Assembly: GCF_041956535.1 (NCBI RefSeq)
Contig: NW_027192197.1
Span: 1,066,036 to 1,130,035 of the forward strand
Reading direction: 5' to 3'
Source: Calcarisporiella thermophila CBS 279.70
Lineage: Eukaryota; Fungi; Calcarisporiellomycota
DNA length: 64,000 bases
Position numbers and translations under genes: made by a program. Position 1 is the first letter of the stretch, and each line of letters begins with the position of its first letter. The notes below the pieces were generated by a model. That model worked only from the letters and a program-made list of their open reading frames with translations, searched no databases and was not told where the DNA came from. Shown here in pieces: positions 25,495 to 40,263 of this stretch.

Positions 25495-26907
25495 ATGCTG
25501 ATAGCATCATTATCCGTAACTCGCCACCGTGTTCCCGTGCATACATTGCGGTATTTCTCGCATGTCCCGCCCAAGCCATTATCGCCATCCAAGCAGGCCC
25601 TCATCCCTAAATCGGGCACCTATCCATCCGGATTCCTCGCCTCAGGCGTGCACTGCGGCATAAAAAAAAACTCCCTTCCGGATCTAGCTCTTCTACTCTC
25701 CGAGCGTCCGTGCAATGCCGCTGCAGTCTTCACCAAAAACACGTTCAAAGCGGCTCCCGTTCTTGTCTCTCGAGAGGTATTGGAGAAACGGCAAGGGAGT
25801 GGTCTTCGGGGGATTGTGACGAATTCGGGATGCGCCAATGCCGTCACCGGAACGCTCGGGATGCAGAATGCGAAAAAAATGGCGGCTGGATTCGACTCCC
25901 TCACCGGCGAGCAGGACAGCTGTCTCGTGATGTCAACCGGGGTGATCGGGCAGCATCTTCCTATTGAAAAAATCCAGCGCGGAATTCAACATGCCGCTGA
26001 TTCCCTTTCCTCTGCGCACGAGGGCTGGATGCGGTGTGCTCAGGCCTTCTGCACTACCGACACATTCCCAAAGCTCTGCTCCGAGGAATTCAAACTCCCT
26101 TCCTCTGGTCGCACCATTCGCTTCGCAGGCATCAGTAAGGGTGCGGGAATGATTCACCCGAACATGGCAACCCTCCTCAGCTTCGTCGCCACGGACGCGG
26201 CGATCTCGGCCCCACTACTACGGAAAGCCCTCGAGTATGCGGTGGACCGGTCGTTTAATGCCATTTCGATCGACGGGGACATGAGCACAAACGATACGTT
26301 TGCGGTGCTGGCAAACGGAGGAAAGGAGGGGGAGATTAAGAGCGAGGAGGACGGAGACTATGTCGGATTTCGCGATGCCCTGACGGCCTTCTCGGCGCGA
26401 TTAGCCCAGTTGGTGGTGAGAGATGGGGAGGGCGCCACCAAATTTGTGACCATCCGGGTCAAGGTAAGTTCCATCCCCACCCGACCTCCATGATCTGAAG
26501 AGGATGGTGTATTGAAAAACCTCGTGCTTATGCTCTAGGGCGCAAACACGTTTGAGAACGCCAAGAAAATTGCCTCGACCATCTCCACCTCGGCTCTCGT
26601 CAAGACGGCACTCTATGGCCAAGATGCCAATTGGGGCCGAATCCTGTGCGCGGTCGGTTACTCTGATGTCCCCGTCGATCCCACGCGGGTCAGCGTCTCC
26701 TTTGTCCCGACCGACCAATCTCCCCCGCTGAAACTGTTGGTTCGCGGAGAGCCCGAAGCGGTGGACGAGGAGCGGGCAAGCGAGATTTTGAAGATGGAGG
26801 ACCTGGAGATTCTAGTCGAGCTGGGCCAAGGGAACGAGGAGGCAACCATGTGGACGTGTGACTTTAGCCACGAGTATGTTAGTATTAACGCCGACTATCG
26901 CTCCTGA
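25495..26907 (+). CDS. ARG7: Ornithine acetyltransferase ArgJ (mitochondrial), 2 exons
   Basis: [79 protein letters not shown]. Confidence 0.97.
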
Positions 26908-27240
26908 GCGGGTTAGAGTCTTCTCTATAATTTTCTCTCAAAAAAGCTGCGCGGCTTTCCTGTTTTGCTATTTTATATGTTTTTACGACTGTTTTGTTTT
27001 TTAATCTCGCACTTATATCCATCATGAAAATCTCTTTTGCCGTTCCATCCTTCCACGAAATTTCATCCTCCTTATCCAGATCAATGAAATAAACTTAAAT
27101 GGTGGCAAGTCACAACGCAGTCACGTCGGGGCGTTATGGCAAGAAATTCCCGACCAAAAAAGTATACGCCTTGCAACCTTTCATTTTTTTTTTCTCTTTC
27201 ATTCCCAACCTCCTCCATTTCTCAAGACACACTAATCAAC

Positions 27241-28166
27241 ATGAGACCCTTCTACGAAAATGACAGCCACCGTCGCATGACCAAGGTTGACCAAGCCATG
27301 AAGTTCTTTGTGCTGGTAGTGAACGTGCTGACTTCGGTAATATCCCCCCTCTTTCCTTGAAACACTTTTTTTTTCCACGGTGAAGTTCACAACCCCCTCT
27401 CTTTTACTTTTTATGGGGCACTCTTTAGCTCGCCGGTTTGGCTCTGGTGATTCTTGGCCTGGTCATTTATCTGCGCTCCGACATCGCACTCTATTCCAAG
27501 ACCACTCCCATAGCGCTCATGATTCTCGGCGCAGTGGTATTCGTGGTGAGCTTCATGGGGTGCTTGGGCGCGATGGGAGAATTGCGAAGCGTATTGATCA
27601 TTGTGAGTTTTGCCTTCATTCATGGATGGCGTATTCTTTTGAACCCGTCTGGACTAACCCATTGCTTTGCCATCCAGTACTTCTCTTTGCTACTTCTACT
27701 TGTTCTTGTTCAACTCTTCATCACCATCCTAGCATTTACCCCCAAGATCGACGACGCGATCGATGCCGCATGGCAAAAGGCCTACGACAGCGATTCCAAG
27801 CTCCTCCGGGACATTGAGAATGAGTATTCGTGCTGTGGGCTGCGCAATGTCACGGACCGCGCTGTCCCCAAGAGGGCGCCGGATGCATGCGTCACCTCGC
27901 CCTACTTCGGGTACGACCAGCCATGCTACAGACAGCTGCGCAAAGCCTATAAGCGGAATGGGGAGGCAATCGCAATAGGAGGTCTGGTGTTGGCCGTGGT
28001 GCAGATCCTGAGTTTGATGTGCGCTGGAATGCTGATTTCCAGAATCCCAACTCCCGAAGAGCGCGAGCGGGAATACTTGGCCGAGCATGAGCGCTTGGTG
28101 CGGGACGGCAGAGGCCTGAAACCAGGCGATGGATATGGCACAGCAGGATCTACGTCCCAGACCTAA
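27241..28166 (+). CDS. Tetraspanin, 3 exons
   Basis: Four TM helices, GCLGA in TM2, large loop with YSCCG...AVP...AC...PC. Confidence 0.88.
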
Positions 28167-29268
28167 TCTCCGCATCCACTCCATAGCTTCCCCCCCTCCC
28201 TCCTTTTTTTTCCATTTCTAATTCAGATTCGTACCATGGGATAGGCCTGTTATTCTCCATGAATTTGTAACAGCTCATTTTAATATATATACACGCATAA
28301 TCTATATATACGCGTGTCCAAGTGAAATATCGCCTGGAAGGCTTCTAGCCATCGGACCCTTTATCGAAGAAGAAAAGAGGATGGTGACATGCCCTGCATT
28401 TTAATCTTCTCCCATTGATTGACAACCTCCATTGTTATGATTGTGAAAAGACAAGCACCAGATGACCTGATGCCGCTCCCACAGGAATGGAGGCTGGGTT
28501 TGAACAAGGGAGGGAACGGTCAACCTGAAATTTGTAAGAGGACAGTGGATGTAATGAAGATATGAAGGATTTATTTGGAGAAGAAAGAGGAGAGTATAAT
28601 CCCTTCAACTCTTCTTTTATGCAGTCCGAGTAAACATTGTAGCTGCGCCTCATTTTATGTTCCCTTTAGTTCTGAGAAGAGAAATATCGCATTAGACGAT
28701 TCTATTCTAGAAGCCAAAATGCGAGAATCGTAGAGAGCACATTATAAAGACATCGTTGGTTGAAAAAGACTTTGAACATGTGGACAACTTGAGACGCATT
28801 GTATTCAAAGGCACGAACTAACATGCCATTGCAACCTAAACTCTAGGCATTGCGCCCCACACTCGATGTGGAAAAGGCGTGAGTGAAGATCAGAGCATTC
28901 AACTTTTTTTTTTTTTCGTGTCCATCTGATTCAATATAGTGCTGCTCCACGTGAATAGAGCACAACTAGACCTGAGAGCCTTGGGAGACCAAGTGAAGAA
29001 AGATAGTTTTACCCAGGCTTCTATAAGTATTCAACAAGTCAATCCAGTGGTATGTCAAATTAGAAATTTCACGCCCTCCTTCGATTAGAAATTCGCAAAT
29101 GGAACGACAGGAATGAAGGGCATCCTGTGAGAAGCATGGGTAGGAAGCATATTTTCATTTGCTTTTTTCGAACAACGGATTCTCCCCCATAATTCCCCTG
29201 GGTCTATCTAATCTCAGGAGGATGCTTCTCGACGGGAGCCTGGTTTTGAAGATATTTCTGCAGTTTAT

Positions 29269-30175
<907 letters not shown>

Positions 30176-31210
30176 GGATGGTTTGATAATTAAGTAAGAA
30201 TCTGGGAGAATACGGTTACTTGTGATTCACGGCCTCATCTTGCTTATTTCATCTCCGCACAATCTTGAACTCGCAATTTCAGGCGAATGGTTGCCACGGG
30301 AAATTATACAATTCACTCTCTCCCAAGATGGCTTGCGTTTAGAAACGCTGGGCCGGAGAGTTTGGAAAAACAAACAGAAATTATAAAAAGCAGCCCTTGG
30401 CCTTTGGTTTCCGGGCATCCCGGCGCACCAGGGTCATCAAAATGTGACGATAAAGTCGACCGGAGTTACCGACGACACTGGCACATGATGTCAGAACTGT
30501 CGGGTCGGGGGATGGGTGTGACGAGGCGACTATGAACATGTGTCAAGAGAGGCGCCAGTATGGCTGGCCGTGATTAGGAAAGAGGCAGGGGGCATGAGAA
30601 GCAGACACAAGGGGGAGCGACGGCGCCTACGCTGCGCGGACGCTCAGCAGCGAACGCATACGCTCCACCCGCGGATCGTTCGGCCGTGCATCAGGAATGT
30701 GACTGCGCGGCACTTGCGGCTGCCCGACCACATCCTTCGGGGTGGAGGGGAACATGGGATGAGTCTCCTTGTGCCAAGGAAAGCCCTTGTCGCCACCGGA
30801 TCCGGCTCAGAGCGTGCTCTTTGGCCGTGGTTCAGCTGCTCGACGCTGGCTTTACACGGGCGCGGCCCCGTGTTTCCCAGCAATAATCTAAAGAGGTCCT
30901 CCTGTGACGGTCAAAACAAAGCTCTCCGGCCAATCAGGGGGCATCTGGCCAGGCGGAGTGTGCGCTCGCGCTTTCCCCTATGAGGCTGCGCCCTCCAATC
31001 CCGTCGCCCCCAAGTCGAGGGCTCCTGCGGGATCATTATTGATACCACGTAGCACAAGAATGTGCCACGAAAACGCTTGAACGATCGAGCCTGAAATTTC
31101 TAAAAAAATCGTTCTGAAAATAACCATTTGCTTTTTTCTCCGCACATTCCAACCAAACCCCTCAGATCCATCCCTCTCTCCCACATCCCCTCGTTGAATT
31201 ATCCATCGTC

Positions 31211-32070
31211 ATGCTGCTGCCCAGCCCCCTCATCCTCTTGGCCGCATTCCCCCTCGCCCGCGCATTCGACAGTAAGTGCCTAACCGCTCTTTTGCCCTCA
31301 TTGTCTCCCGCTCTGACCTGGAATGTTCCCCTCGTCATTGCTCGCCAAAGTCAACACGGTTGACAACAGCACAAAGGCAAACTTCCCGCAATGGTGCACG
31401 CTGTAAGTACTCTGGCCTCCGACTCATGCTTGGGTGCGTGCGCCGCCCCCGCTCGCAGCCCCGTATACTCATCCCCTCTCCATGTAGCCAAACCTCCTCA
31501 TGCGAAAACATCTGCCAGGACAGTGGGTTCTCCGTCATGAAGAATGACTGCGATTCGGCGACGCTCGCCTACCACTGCATCTGCAGCAATGGAATCTCTC
31601 CTAATGCGTCCGAATACACGGAGACCATCCCCTACTTCCAGTGTACCTATGACCAGCAGCAGTGCATCAGCAAGTGAGTGACCAGAGCGGTACACACAGG
31701 GCCCGTGGCCGACCTAACGCTAACGCTCCCGCCCCCCCCCCCCCTGTTTTCTGTAGATGCCCCATCGGCGACACCGCGTGCTTCAACCAGTGCAATGCCG
31801 TGAAATGCTCCGCCACTAACCCAAAGAAGTAAGTGGATATTGGACAATTGGATGCGGCCTTGGCTGAACATTCCTCTTGCCTCCCCGCGTTTCGCGGATT
31901 CAAGGTACAACCAGACGACGCAGAAGACAATTGGCTCCCCCTCTGGCACCGGGGGCGCGCGCGCGACTCCCTCCAACTCCATCTTCAGCGACGCCAGCGC
32001 CCTCTTGTCGAACACGGGCTACGCGGTGGTCGCGGCGATGGTCGTCCTGGTCATGGGCGTGGCCCACTAG
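31211..32070 (+). CDS. Small Cys-rich secreted, probably GPI-anchored protein, multi-exon
   Basis: Signal peptide MLLPSPLILLAAFPLARA, WCxxQxxSCxxIC...NDCD...CICSNGISPNASEYTETIPYFQC...CISKC...C...C...CSA, S/T linker and hydrophobic C-tail. Confidence 0.75.
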
Positions 32071-32312
32071 GCTGTGCTCCTCCCTTCCTCCTCTCCCTCT
32101 CCCCTATGTAGCCCCACCCATCCATTTGCATATTTCACGAGGCAGGCTGATTTTCCAACCCTTGTTTTCTTTCCCTGACTGTACCGAGCCATCAATAAAA
32201 AGATCCCGCAGATGCTATTTGTTTTAATATTTTTTTTTATTTTCCAAAAGAACACACTAACGACAAGAGAAAGAAAAAGAAAATAAAAAGGAACATCAAC
32301 TAGAGCGCGGGA

Positions 32313-33382
32313 TTAGAGCTGGCCAGGTTGGGCGGCGGCCTCCTCAGGCTGCTGCTGGGGTGCAGCGGGCTGCTGGAAGTCTTCGGAGGTGGGGGCCGAG
32401 ATGGGGGCCTCCTCCTTGGGCTCGAGAATCGTCACCACATCCGGAAGAGGAGTCTTGGGGCCAACGCGGCCTGTTGGGTCCCAAGGCAACATAATCTTCA
32501 CTTTGAGACCAAGCACACCCTGGCGGAGCAAGACGTGGCGGATGGCCACATCGACGTAGTCCTTGATGGGCTGACCGGAGTGGATCATGAACCCGTCTAC
32601 GAACTTCATAGACTTGGCACGAGCGGCACGGAGCTTGCCAGACACAACCACCTCGCAGCCCTTGGCGCCCGACTCCATGATGAAGCGGACGACACCATAG
32701 CATGCTCTGTGAAGCAGAGGAAACAGTGTGTTTAGTCCGGGCGGGAAGCAGTAGAGGGGGGAAAGAGCAGAGTGAAGCGTTACCTTCTGACGGCAAGACC
32801 CTGCAGCAGTTTATATTTCAAGCTCTCGCACTGAGCCACGGCGCACAACCCACGGTTGCTGACCTTCTCGGCATAGAGTTCGACGGTGTTCTCAGGGAAG
32901 CGGAAGCGCTTCTGGACCAAGGCGGTGAGCTCGCGGATGCGGCGGCCCTTCTCACCAAGTACCTGCTGGGTATGGGTGGCACGGATGATGATCTCAGTGC
33001 GGGCAGGGGTGACGCGCACCTCGACGCCCGAGTAGCCCTCCTCCGCAAGCTCGCGCTGGAAGAACTCGTTGAGTTCGGCGAAGAAGACTCCGTCGGCAAC
33101 GAACTATATGAAATGGATGGAAGCATGAATAATCGTGATCATGAACGTGCCATGGTCGGCGACACCGAACACATTGATTCCCTGATCATATCCACCGGGG
33201 AGAGAAGGAGGGCGGCAGAGCCACATGCGTTCATTCCTTCTCTCTCCCCTCCCCCTCCTCCTCCATCCACCCACCCATCCATCCATCCATCCATCCAACC
33301 ATCCATTCTCCCACTCCAGCCCTCTATCCGCCTAGTTTCATTCACTAACCTTTCTCTTCTTAGAAATCTGTGTTGCAGCCAT
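32313..33382 (-). CDS. RPS3: 40S ribosomal protein S3 (uS3), 3 exons
   Basis: [65 protein letters not shown]. Confidence 0.98.
33263..33306. repeat. (CCAT)n microsatellite in RPS3 intron 1
   Basis: Imperfect CCAT/CCAC run. Confidence 0.85.
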
Positions 33383-33601
33383 GTTGTATTTCTGAGGCGT
33401 TGGCAAAGAAAGATGACACTTTCAACGGGCAGCGATGGCACTCGAAAATCGAGGGTAAAAGAGGAGGAACCGGGCAATTTGTTCGCGCAATAGTCAAATC
33501 TTTCTGGGATCTGAAAATCGCTTGTGACTGCTTTTGCCCTCGATTCATATTCAGGGCGAGCGATCATCACGAGTCTAACGCGAAAGGTGCGATCGATTCC
33601 A

Positions 33602-34605
33602 ATGCTGGTGCACCTCGTCTACCCCCTGTACGCAGTAGCCCTTCTCTCCTCTGCCATTTATCTTTTTCACCTCTTTTCTCGTCGTGCTCCGCCGATCACC
33701 AATGCGCGCATCCTCATAGTCACTGCGCATCCAGATGACGAGTGCATGTTCTTTGGCCCGGCCATCACTGCTCTAGCAAGGGGAAACAAGATATGGGGAT
33801 TGTGTCTCTCTAGCGGTACTACTACTGCTGATGGCTTTCTTCCAATGGCGCCCAGGCTAATGCAGCTTTTTGCAATTCCACAGGTAATCATGATGGACTT
33901 GGAGAAATTCGAAAAAGAGAGCTGGCCAGGAGTTTTCGCGAGATGGGGGTTACAGAGGATCGCGTCACTGTGATAGACCATAAGTACCTATATCTACATT
34001 TGGCAATGGGGGTGTCCACCATCAACTAATGACTACATCATTTTTAGGGAGCTGCAAGACAACCCCAAACGCCTATGGAGCGAGAAGCTAGTCAGCGAGG
34101 TGGTGGGAGAATATGTCAAACGCTACGACATTGACACCGTAAATGGATCTTCTCGTTACCATGTGACCTCAGACTAACCCACGGACATCCGTCCCACTAG
34201 ATCCTGACCTTTGACGACGGCGGTGTCTCGGGACATCCCAATCATCGCGCCTGCTATCGTGGCGTCAGGTGAGTTTGTTCGTGTGTCTGCTCCGCTTGCT
34301 ACACCCCTCTAACCCAAGTGAACGGTAGGGATTTTGTCCGCAATCATACTGCCCCCTCCGCCTACGCCCTCACCACAGTCTCCCTTGCTCGCAAATATAC
34401 CGCCCTCTTTGATCTTTCTCTCTCGAGCTTTTTGCTCTCGCAAAGCGATCTCTTTTTGATCTCCTCTCCCGCCGACTTTTTAGCTTCCCAGCGTGCTATG
34501 CGTTGCCACCGTTCCCAGTTGGTGTGGTTTCGGCACCTGTATGTGTTGTTCTCGAGGTACATGTGGATGAACGACTTTCAACGAATCGACTCGAACCCTT
34601 TGTAA
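33602..34605 (+). CDS. GPI12: GlcNAc-PI de-N-acetylase (PIG-L), multi-exon
   Basis: VTAHPDDECMFFGP, LTFDDGGVSGHPNH, AMRCHRSQLVWFRHLYVLFSRYMWMN. Divergent from RPS3. Confidence 0.95.
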
Positions 34606-35121
34606 TATATACACACATTTGAGCATTACCGAATATATTCTGCCTTCGAGCTTTTTTATCATGCATCCTGAATCAAGAACCATAATGAATTTTTGCCTTT
34701 TTTCATTCAGTGCCCTCAAAAGGCTAACCAATAGGCCCCGCCTCGAAGACCATCCCTCCAAGCCTCTCTATCTTGGAGCTGGTCCTCGAGGGATGGCAAG
34801 GACGAGAAATCCCATTGCACCCTCGGATGGCATATTTAAATTTCATTTTTACTGTATCGTATTGCAAAAAATAAAAGCAAAAAAGAGCGTGAAACGAGCA
34901 TGTAGGACACCAAGCGGGGGGAAATCCGCGAAATGGCTGCTCCCCTCCATGGCTAGAACAAACTAACAAGTGGTGGAAACTACTCATGGGGTGCAACAAC
35001 AGTATGGCATGTATATACAGATAGATTGACGGCAGAGAGGGGAATATGAATATATATGGGAGGGGGGGAGATTTACACACGGTTATCCAATGAGTTGCTA
35101 AAAATACAAGACCCCGCCCAG

Positions 35122-37285
35122 CTAATACATATCGGACAGGGTCGACCTAAGGTTTTGAACGGGCTGCGGCTTCTTCTTCAGCTTGGCTCGCCGCATCCTC
35201 CTCTCGGCCCTAAGGGGGTCCCCGCCTTGCTCCAAATCCGAGCCATCCCGCACCATTCTATCGAGCACATCTCGCAGATAGAAGGGCGCCAGGTTGTGCT
35301 GCACCTGCTGCAGCGTGGCGGCAGCCGTCTTCGGATGGTGGAGCCCCAACTCGTTGTTTTTCAGCTCGCCGCCAAACACCAGGTCCATCTCTTCAAGGGA
35401 TTTGCCCTTGGTCTCCGGGACAAAAAAGTGGACCACCAGGCCCATCACAGCACAGCTTAGGGCGAACACCGCATACAGTCCCCATGTGGTGGCGTTGAGA
35501 ATGATCGGCACCATCTGGCCAATCACCCAGTTGGTAATCCAGTTGGAGGCGGTCGTGATGGAGTTGGCTTTGGCGCGAATACGCAGAGGATATATTTCGG
35601 CTGGATAAATCCAACAGCCCGGGCCCCTAGAGAGAAACCCCACCGAGGAAGGAAGGGGGAGAGAGAGAGAGAAGAAGAAGAGGGGAAACGCAAAGAGAAG
35701 AGTAAAACCACAAGCTCCCAAAGTGTCAATACACTCTCACATAGTTACCAGCTATACGCGAAATTGGCCACAAAAAAATAGAGCGAGATGAGAATCGTGA
35801 GTTTGACGGAGGTCACCGTTGTGATGACAATGTTGCGATCCTCCTGTGGCGAATACTCGAGCTTACTGTACACGCCCAGCAGCAGCCCCATGATGGACAT
35901 CGAGAGGCACATCATAACGGCACCCGTGATGAGGGTTGCGCGACGGCCCCATCGATCCACAAAGAGCACCGCGGGGATGGTGAAAACAACTATGATCCAG
36001 CACACGGATCGGTACATGAGAGAGGGGGAGAACACCCTTCCGTTAGACAAAAAGCACTCTACTTGGCAATCGAGAACAAGCCTATACCGTTTATAATCCC
36101 ATTAATGGCCGTGGCTAGAAGGGAGGCCGACGTCTCCTGCAGCCCGATGTTACGAAACATTTCCGGCGCATAGTACATGATGCTATTGATGCCGGTGAGC
36201 TGCGAAAACACTTGGATCGCAATCCCGACCAGCAGTCTCTTCCGAATGTTTTCGGGGCCCTTGCTAAACAGCTCAAAATAGCCCTTGGACGCAAAGGTTT
36301 GCTCAAACTGCACGTTTTGTTTGATTTCCTCGTACTCCAGCCGAGCTTCCTCCTTCGTATCGCGAAGGATATTCAACACGCGCAAGGCGTCTATATCACG
36401 ATTTTGATCGACCAGCCAGCGGGGGGAATAGGGGAGAAACATGGTTCCAACGGCTAAACATCATGAACAATCAGATCCGGTGAGCCCACCAAGAAGAGGT
36501 CACCCAAGGAGAGTAGGGAGGAGAGAGGAGGAAATGGCGGGCGAGGAGGGGGATGGGAGGGAGAGGGAACACTTACTCAGGATTGCAGCCGGCACGCACT
36601 GGATCAAAAGGGGTATCTGCCACTGCCGGTCGTCATTCAATTTTTGCGTGAAGTAGTTGATCCAAAAGCTCACCGCAATGCCCACGGTAATTGCCAGCTG
36701 TTGCAGCGAGATCAGCCGTCCCCTCAGGTCTTTGGGTGCTATTTCCGACTGATACAGAGGAACGATCATGGAAAGAGCACCCACCGCCAAGCCGGCGACT
36801 ACCCGGCCAGCGTATAATTGCGAGAAGGATTCGGCATTGCCCTGCAGAGCACTCCCTATGATAAATAGCATCGAGCAAAACGCGATGGAGACGCGACGGC
36901 CTATGCGGTCAGCAATAAAAGCAGAGAAAAGGGCACCCACTGAGCAGCCGGCCATGAGCGAGGAAACAATGGCGCCCGTGACGGCAGGGGAAGAGGGGAA
37001 CCGAGCTTTAAAATATTCCATGGTGAGCACGCCGGATATGACGCCGATATCGTATCCGAACTGATGAAGGTATGAAGATAATAAGCGTGATCAATGCGAA
37101 TGCCCAAGAGAGATGGGGAGGAAAAAAGACATACCAGAAAGCCACCGATTGCGGCGAAGCTGGAGAGGAGGCGAGCGAGAGCCGGGTGGGAAAATGGCCG
37201 ATAGTTACCATCTCAATACACGGAATAGAGAAAGTGATCGTCATTACCATGCTATGGTGTGCACCAAAATTCGTGAAAGGGCCAT
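35122..37285 (-). CDS. MFS sugar porter (hexose transporter family), multi-exon
   Basis: MALSRILVHTIACFAAIGGFLFGYDIGVISG, DRIGRR, YQSEIAP, PYSPRWL, QLTGINSIMYYAP, VPETKGKSLEEMD. Confidence 0.95.
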
Positions 37286-37783
37286 TGTGTCATTCTATGA
37301 GTCATGACAGTGGGGAGGCGGAGAGGTGCCAATGAGAAATGAGTCTTCGGAATGGAGAATATAAGGGAAAAAAAAGAACAGACAATGAAGAGAAACGAAA
37401 ATGTCTTGGAAAAAAAAAAGGAAGCAAGACTATAGGGCATGCGATAACCGTTGCTTCCAAAATGGATGGCACCAGTGAATAATTAAGGTTCGCCTTCTTA
37501 ATTGGGGAAATGCGCACAGAGCCTGCCACACTGGATTCGGAAGAAACACAAAAATCCTTTCGATTAGGGGAGATTTTAATATTAGTATATATTGGGATAG
37601 ATAAGGCTGCGATAGGAGAGTCGAGAACAGAGCAGCCAGAAAAAAGCGATAGAGCAAAAACAAGATTAACAATAAATAAATAAAGAAGACATTAAGAAGA
37701 GGGGTAGGGAAAGGAGGGGGTGCATCGGGGGAAGGAAAGAAGGGAGGAGGGGGGGGGGAGAGAAGGGGTAAGGCTGGGGAGGA

Positions 37784-40263
37784 TTAAAGAACGTAGGCAA
37801 GGGAAAGAGGCAAGAGGCAGGGCCAGACAAGTGAGTCAACGCTCTGGGGCAGAAGGGTATCGACTGAGAAATACAGAACCAGAACTTTATGCGCTGCGGT
37901 ACGGAGGACTGGCCAAAGAGCCGACACTACTGCTAGCGAGCCCGTCAGCCACCTTTCTCTACAGGCGCTAAGCATGAATTCTAATGCAAATAAACTTACC
38001 TTGCGCGCACATCTATCATCTCCAAAAGCTTCTCCACGCTCTCCGTCCTATCCATCTCCACAACCTTGCGCTCGAACTCTCCTGCGGTGGCATTTTCGCC
38101 TCCCCCGAGGGCGTCGCGCAAACTCTCCACCCCTATCTCCATCGCGGCCTCCTTAGCAAACCCATCCTCGGGCAGCGGCGTGGCGAGCCTCCCCGCCTCG
38201 ACGATGGGCGCCACGATGGAGGAGCGGATTTGGGCGCGTCGGTAGAGGTCCACACGCTCCCCGAATTTAGCGTTCAACAGGGTCTCCACCGTTATTGGCG
38301 AGTCCTTGAGCTTCGAGTCGGACTTGAGCGCATTGGCCACGTCGTCTTGCTCAAACAAGGTATCCACCGGATGCACCGCCTGGATCCCCTCCCAACCCGT
38401 CGCCTGCTCCAAGGCTTTGAGCTCCACCCACTGCCCCCTCTCCACCCGTGCCGCCTTCACCTTCGCGACGTACTCCTTGAGCTTTCGGCTTTCTAGCGCA
38501 TCCGCCACATACTCTAACACCTCGGCCACCACGCTCTGCACAACCGCCTGGCGCTCCGCCCCCTCGTTTCGCACCGATTCCTGCAGCTTGAAGGCGAGCG
38601 GCATGACGCCCGCGGCCCCCGCTTCTCCTCGCCCCATATCCATCAGCGCCCCAAGCACCCAGGCCACCCCCACCCAGTCGCGAGGCAGCCCGATCGGCAC
38701 CAGCTCAAGCACGACTTGGTGGAACGCGCGGGAAAAGCCATCCATCGTGCAGCCAGTTTGGCTGTGCTTCTGGCCACATAACAAGCGCAGGATGCCGATG
38801 TATTTTTCGCGCACTGCAGGGTCCCGGCTTTTCAGTAGTGGGACCGTTGGAGCCCAGGAGCCCAAGGCGGGCGCCTCTTCCCCACCCTCCTTGAATGCAC
38901 TGGCCTTGGCCACTTCCTCCAAGCACCAGATCAGCACCATCTCATGCTGCTGACTTGCGAGCATCCTGCCCACCAGGTGGCCCACCACGTCCCCCACTTG
39001 ATTATCCGAGTAGACATGGGCGGCCAAGCCGCCTACGGCCTCAATGAGAGCGGCTAGGGTAGCCCCGCTCACGTCCTCGGGACGGTGGAGCTCGGGGCTC
39101 AGCAGAGCTTCGCCGGGTAGGCTTAGGAGAACATTGATAAGCGCATTGGTGGCTTCTGGGATGGAGAGCCCCGGGAAGGAGGACGAGTGAAGGACATTGG
39201 CGAGAGCGCGGGAGAGGGATGCCTGCTTGGGCGAGAGAATGGGAGCATTTTCGAGGCGGTCTAGGAGGCATAGCACAAGAAGATAGCTGTGCTGGGCCTA
39301 AATAGGAGAGGGGGGTTAATTGGGGGGAAGCCAGCGGAAGGAGAATTGCCAGATAAGGAAAAGGAGTAGTCGGAGGAAGACGATGTGAAATCAAGTGGGG
39401 GCTATTAGCTTTACCTGTAGGGATTGCAAGATGACTTTGGACAGTTCCACTGCGAATGTGGCCGGCCACCAGGTATCCCGTGTATCCATGAGATCCATCG
39501 TAACCTTCAGGCAGCGTTGCAGCCGATTTGCATCATGGGTGCCAAACAGCACCCTCACGGTATCGAGTGCAAGCAATTCGGTGTCTTCTGCAGTAATCTC
39601 CTCCTCCGTGATCCCTTCGTCCATCGGGTCGGGAACCTTGGCTCCCTCCGCGGCACGCTTGCGAATGGTCTCAAGAGAACCCCCGAAGAGGTTGCCCAGA
39701 GCCGCCTGAAGTAAAGCTTGCTCTTGGTCGAGTATTTCGCTTTGGGCAACAGCATACACAGCCTTTAGGCCCACGAGTCGAGATGCAGAAGCGGATTTCT
39801 CATCGCTGTCCAGCGCCAATCGACAAAAGATGGACAGCACTTGCTTGCAGGCCTCGGCAAACTGTGTGTCTACACTCAGCGCGAGCTTGTCGGTGTTTTG
39901 CACTAGAAAGGTAAAAATGTCGGCGGCACGAGGCCAGAGAGCCTTCATTCTAAGGCTCCCCGTGATCACCAATAACACATTGACGATGTTGCCGGAGAAT
40001 AAGTTTAGATCTCGCTTGCATTCTTTCATAAGTCCCTTGAGGATGTCCAGGGAGACTTGATTGTCGGTCACTCTCTCCTTCACGGTGTCGCGCGCTACTT
40101 TGCGCTCGAGATAGCGGCCCACCTTGAGAAGTTTCGCGGGACGACTGGAGGCGTAAAAGGTAAGATACGAGAGCTCGCTCGGCTTAGGGCCTTTTTCCGC
40201 AGGCGATTTCGGATAACATGCCGTGATTAGTTTGGCATGCTTGCTATAGGTGCAGATTCCCAT
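37784..40263 (-). CDS. EFR3: EFR3 (PI4-kinase Stt4 complex membrane anchor); 3' end approximate
   Basis: HAKLITACYP...PKPSELSYLTFYASSRPAKLLKVGRYLE, followed by helical repeats. Confidence 0.88.

Noticed and set aside
30287-30983. Intergenic ORFs here and at 5711-6461, 12830-13702 and 40463-40919
   Set aside because: No recognisable domains or splice support; they lie in promoter-like regions.
33106-33349. Intronic snoRNA in RPS3 intron 1
   Set aside because: No convincing C (RTGATGA) and D (CTGA) box pair or H/ACA layout was seen.
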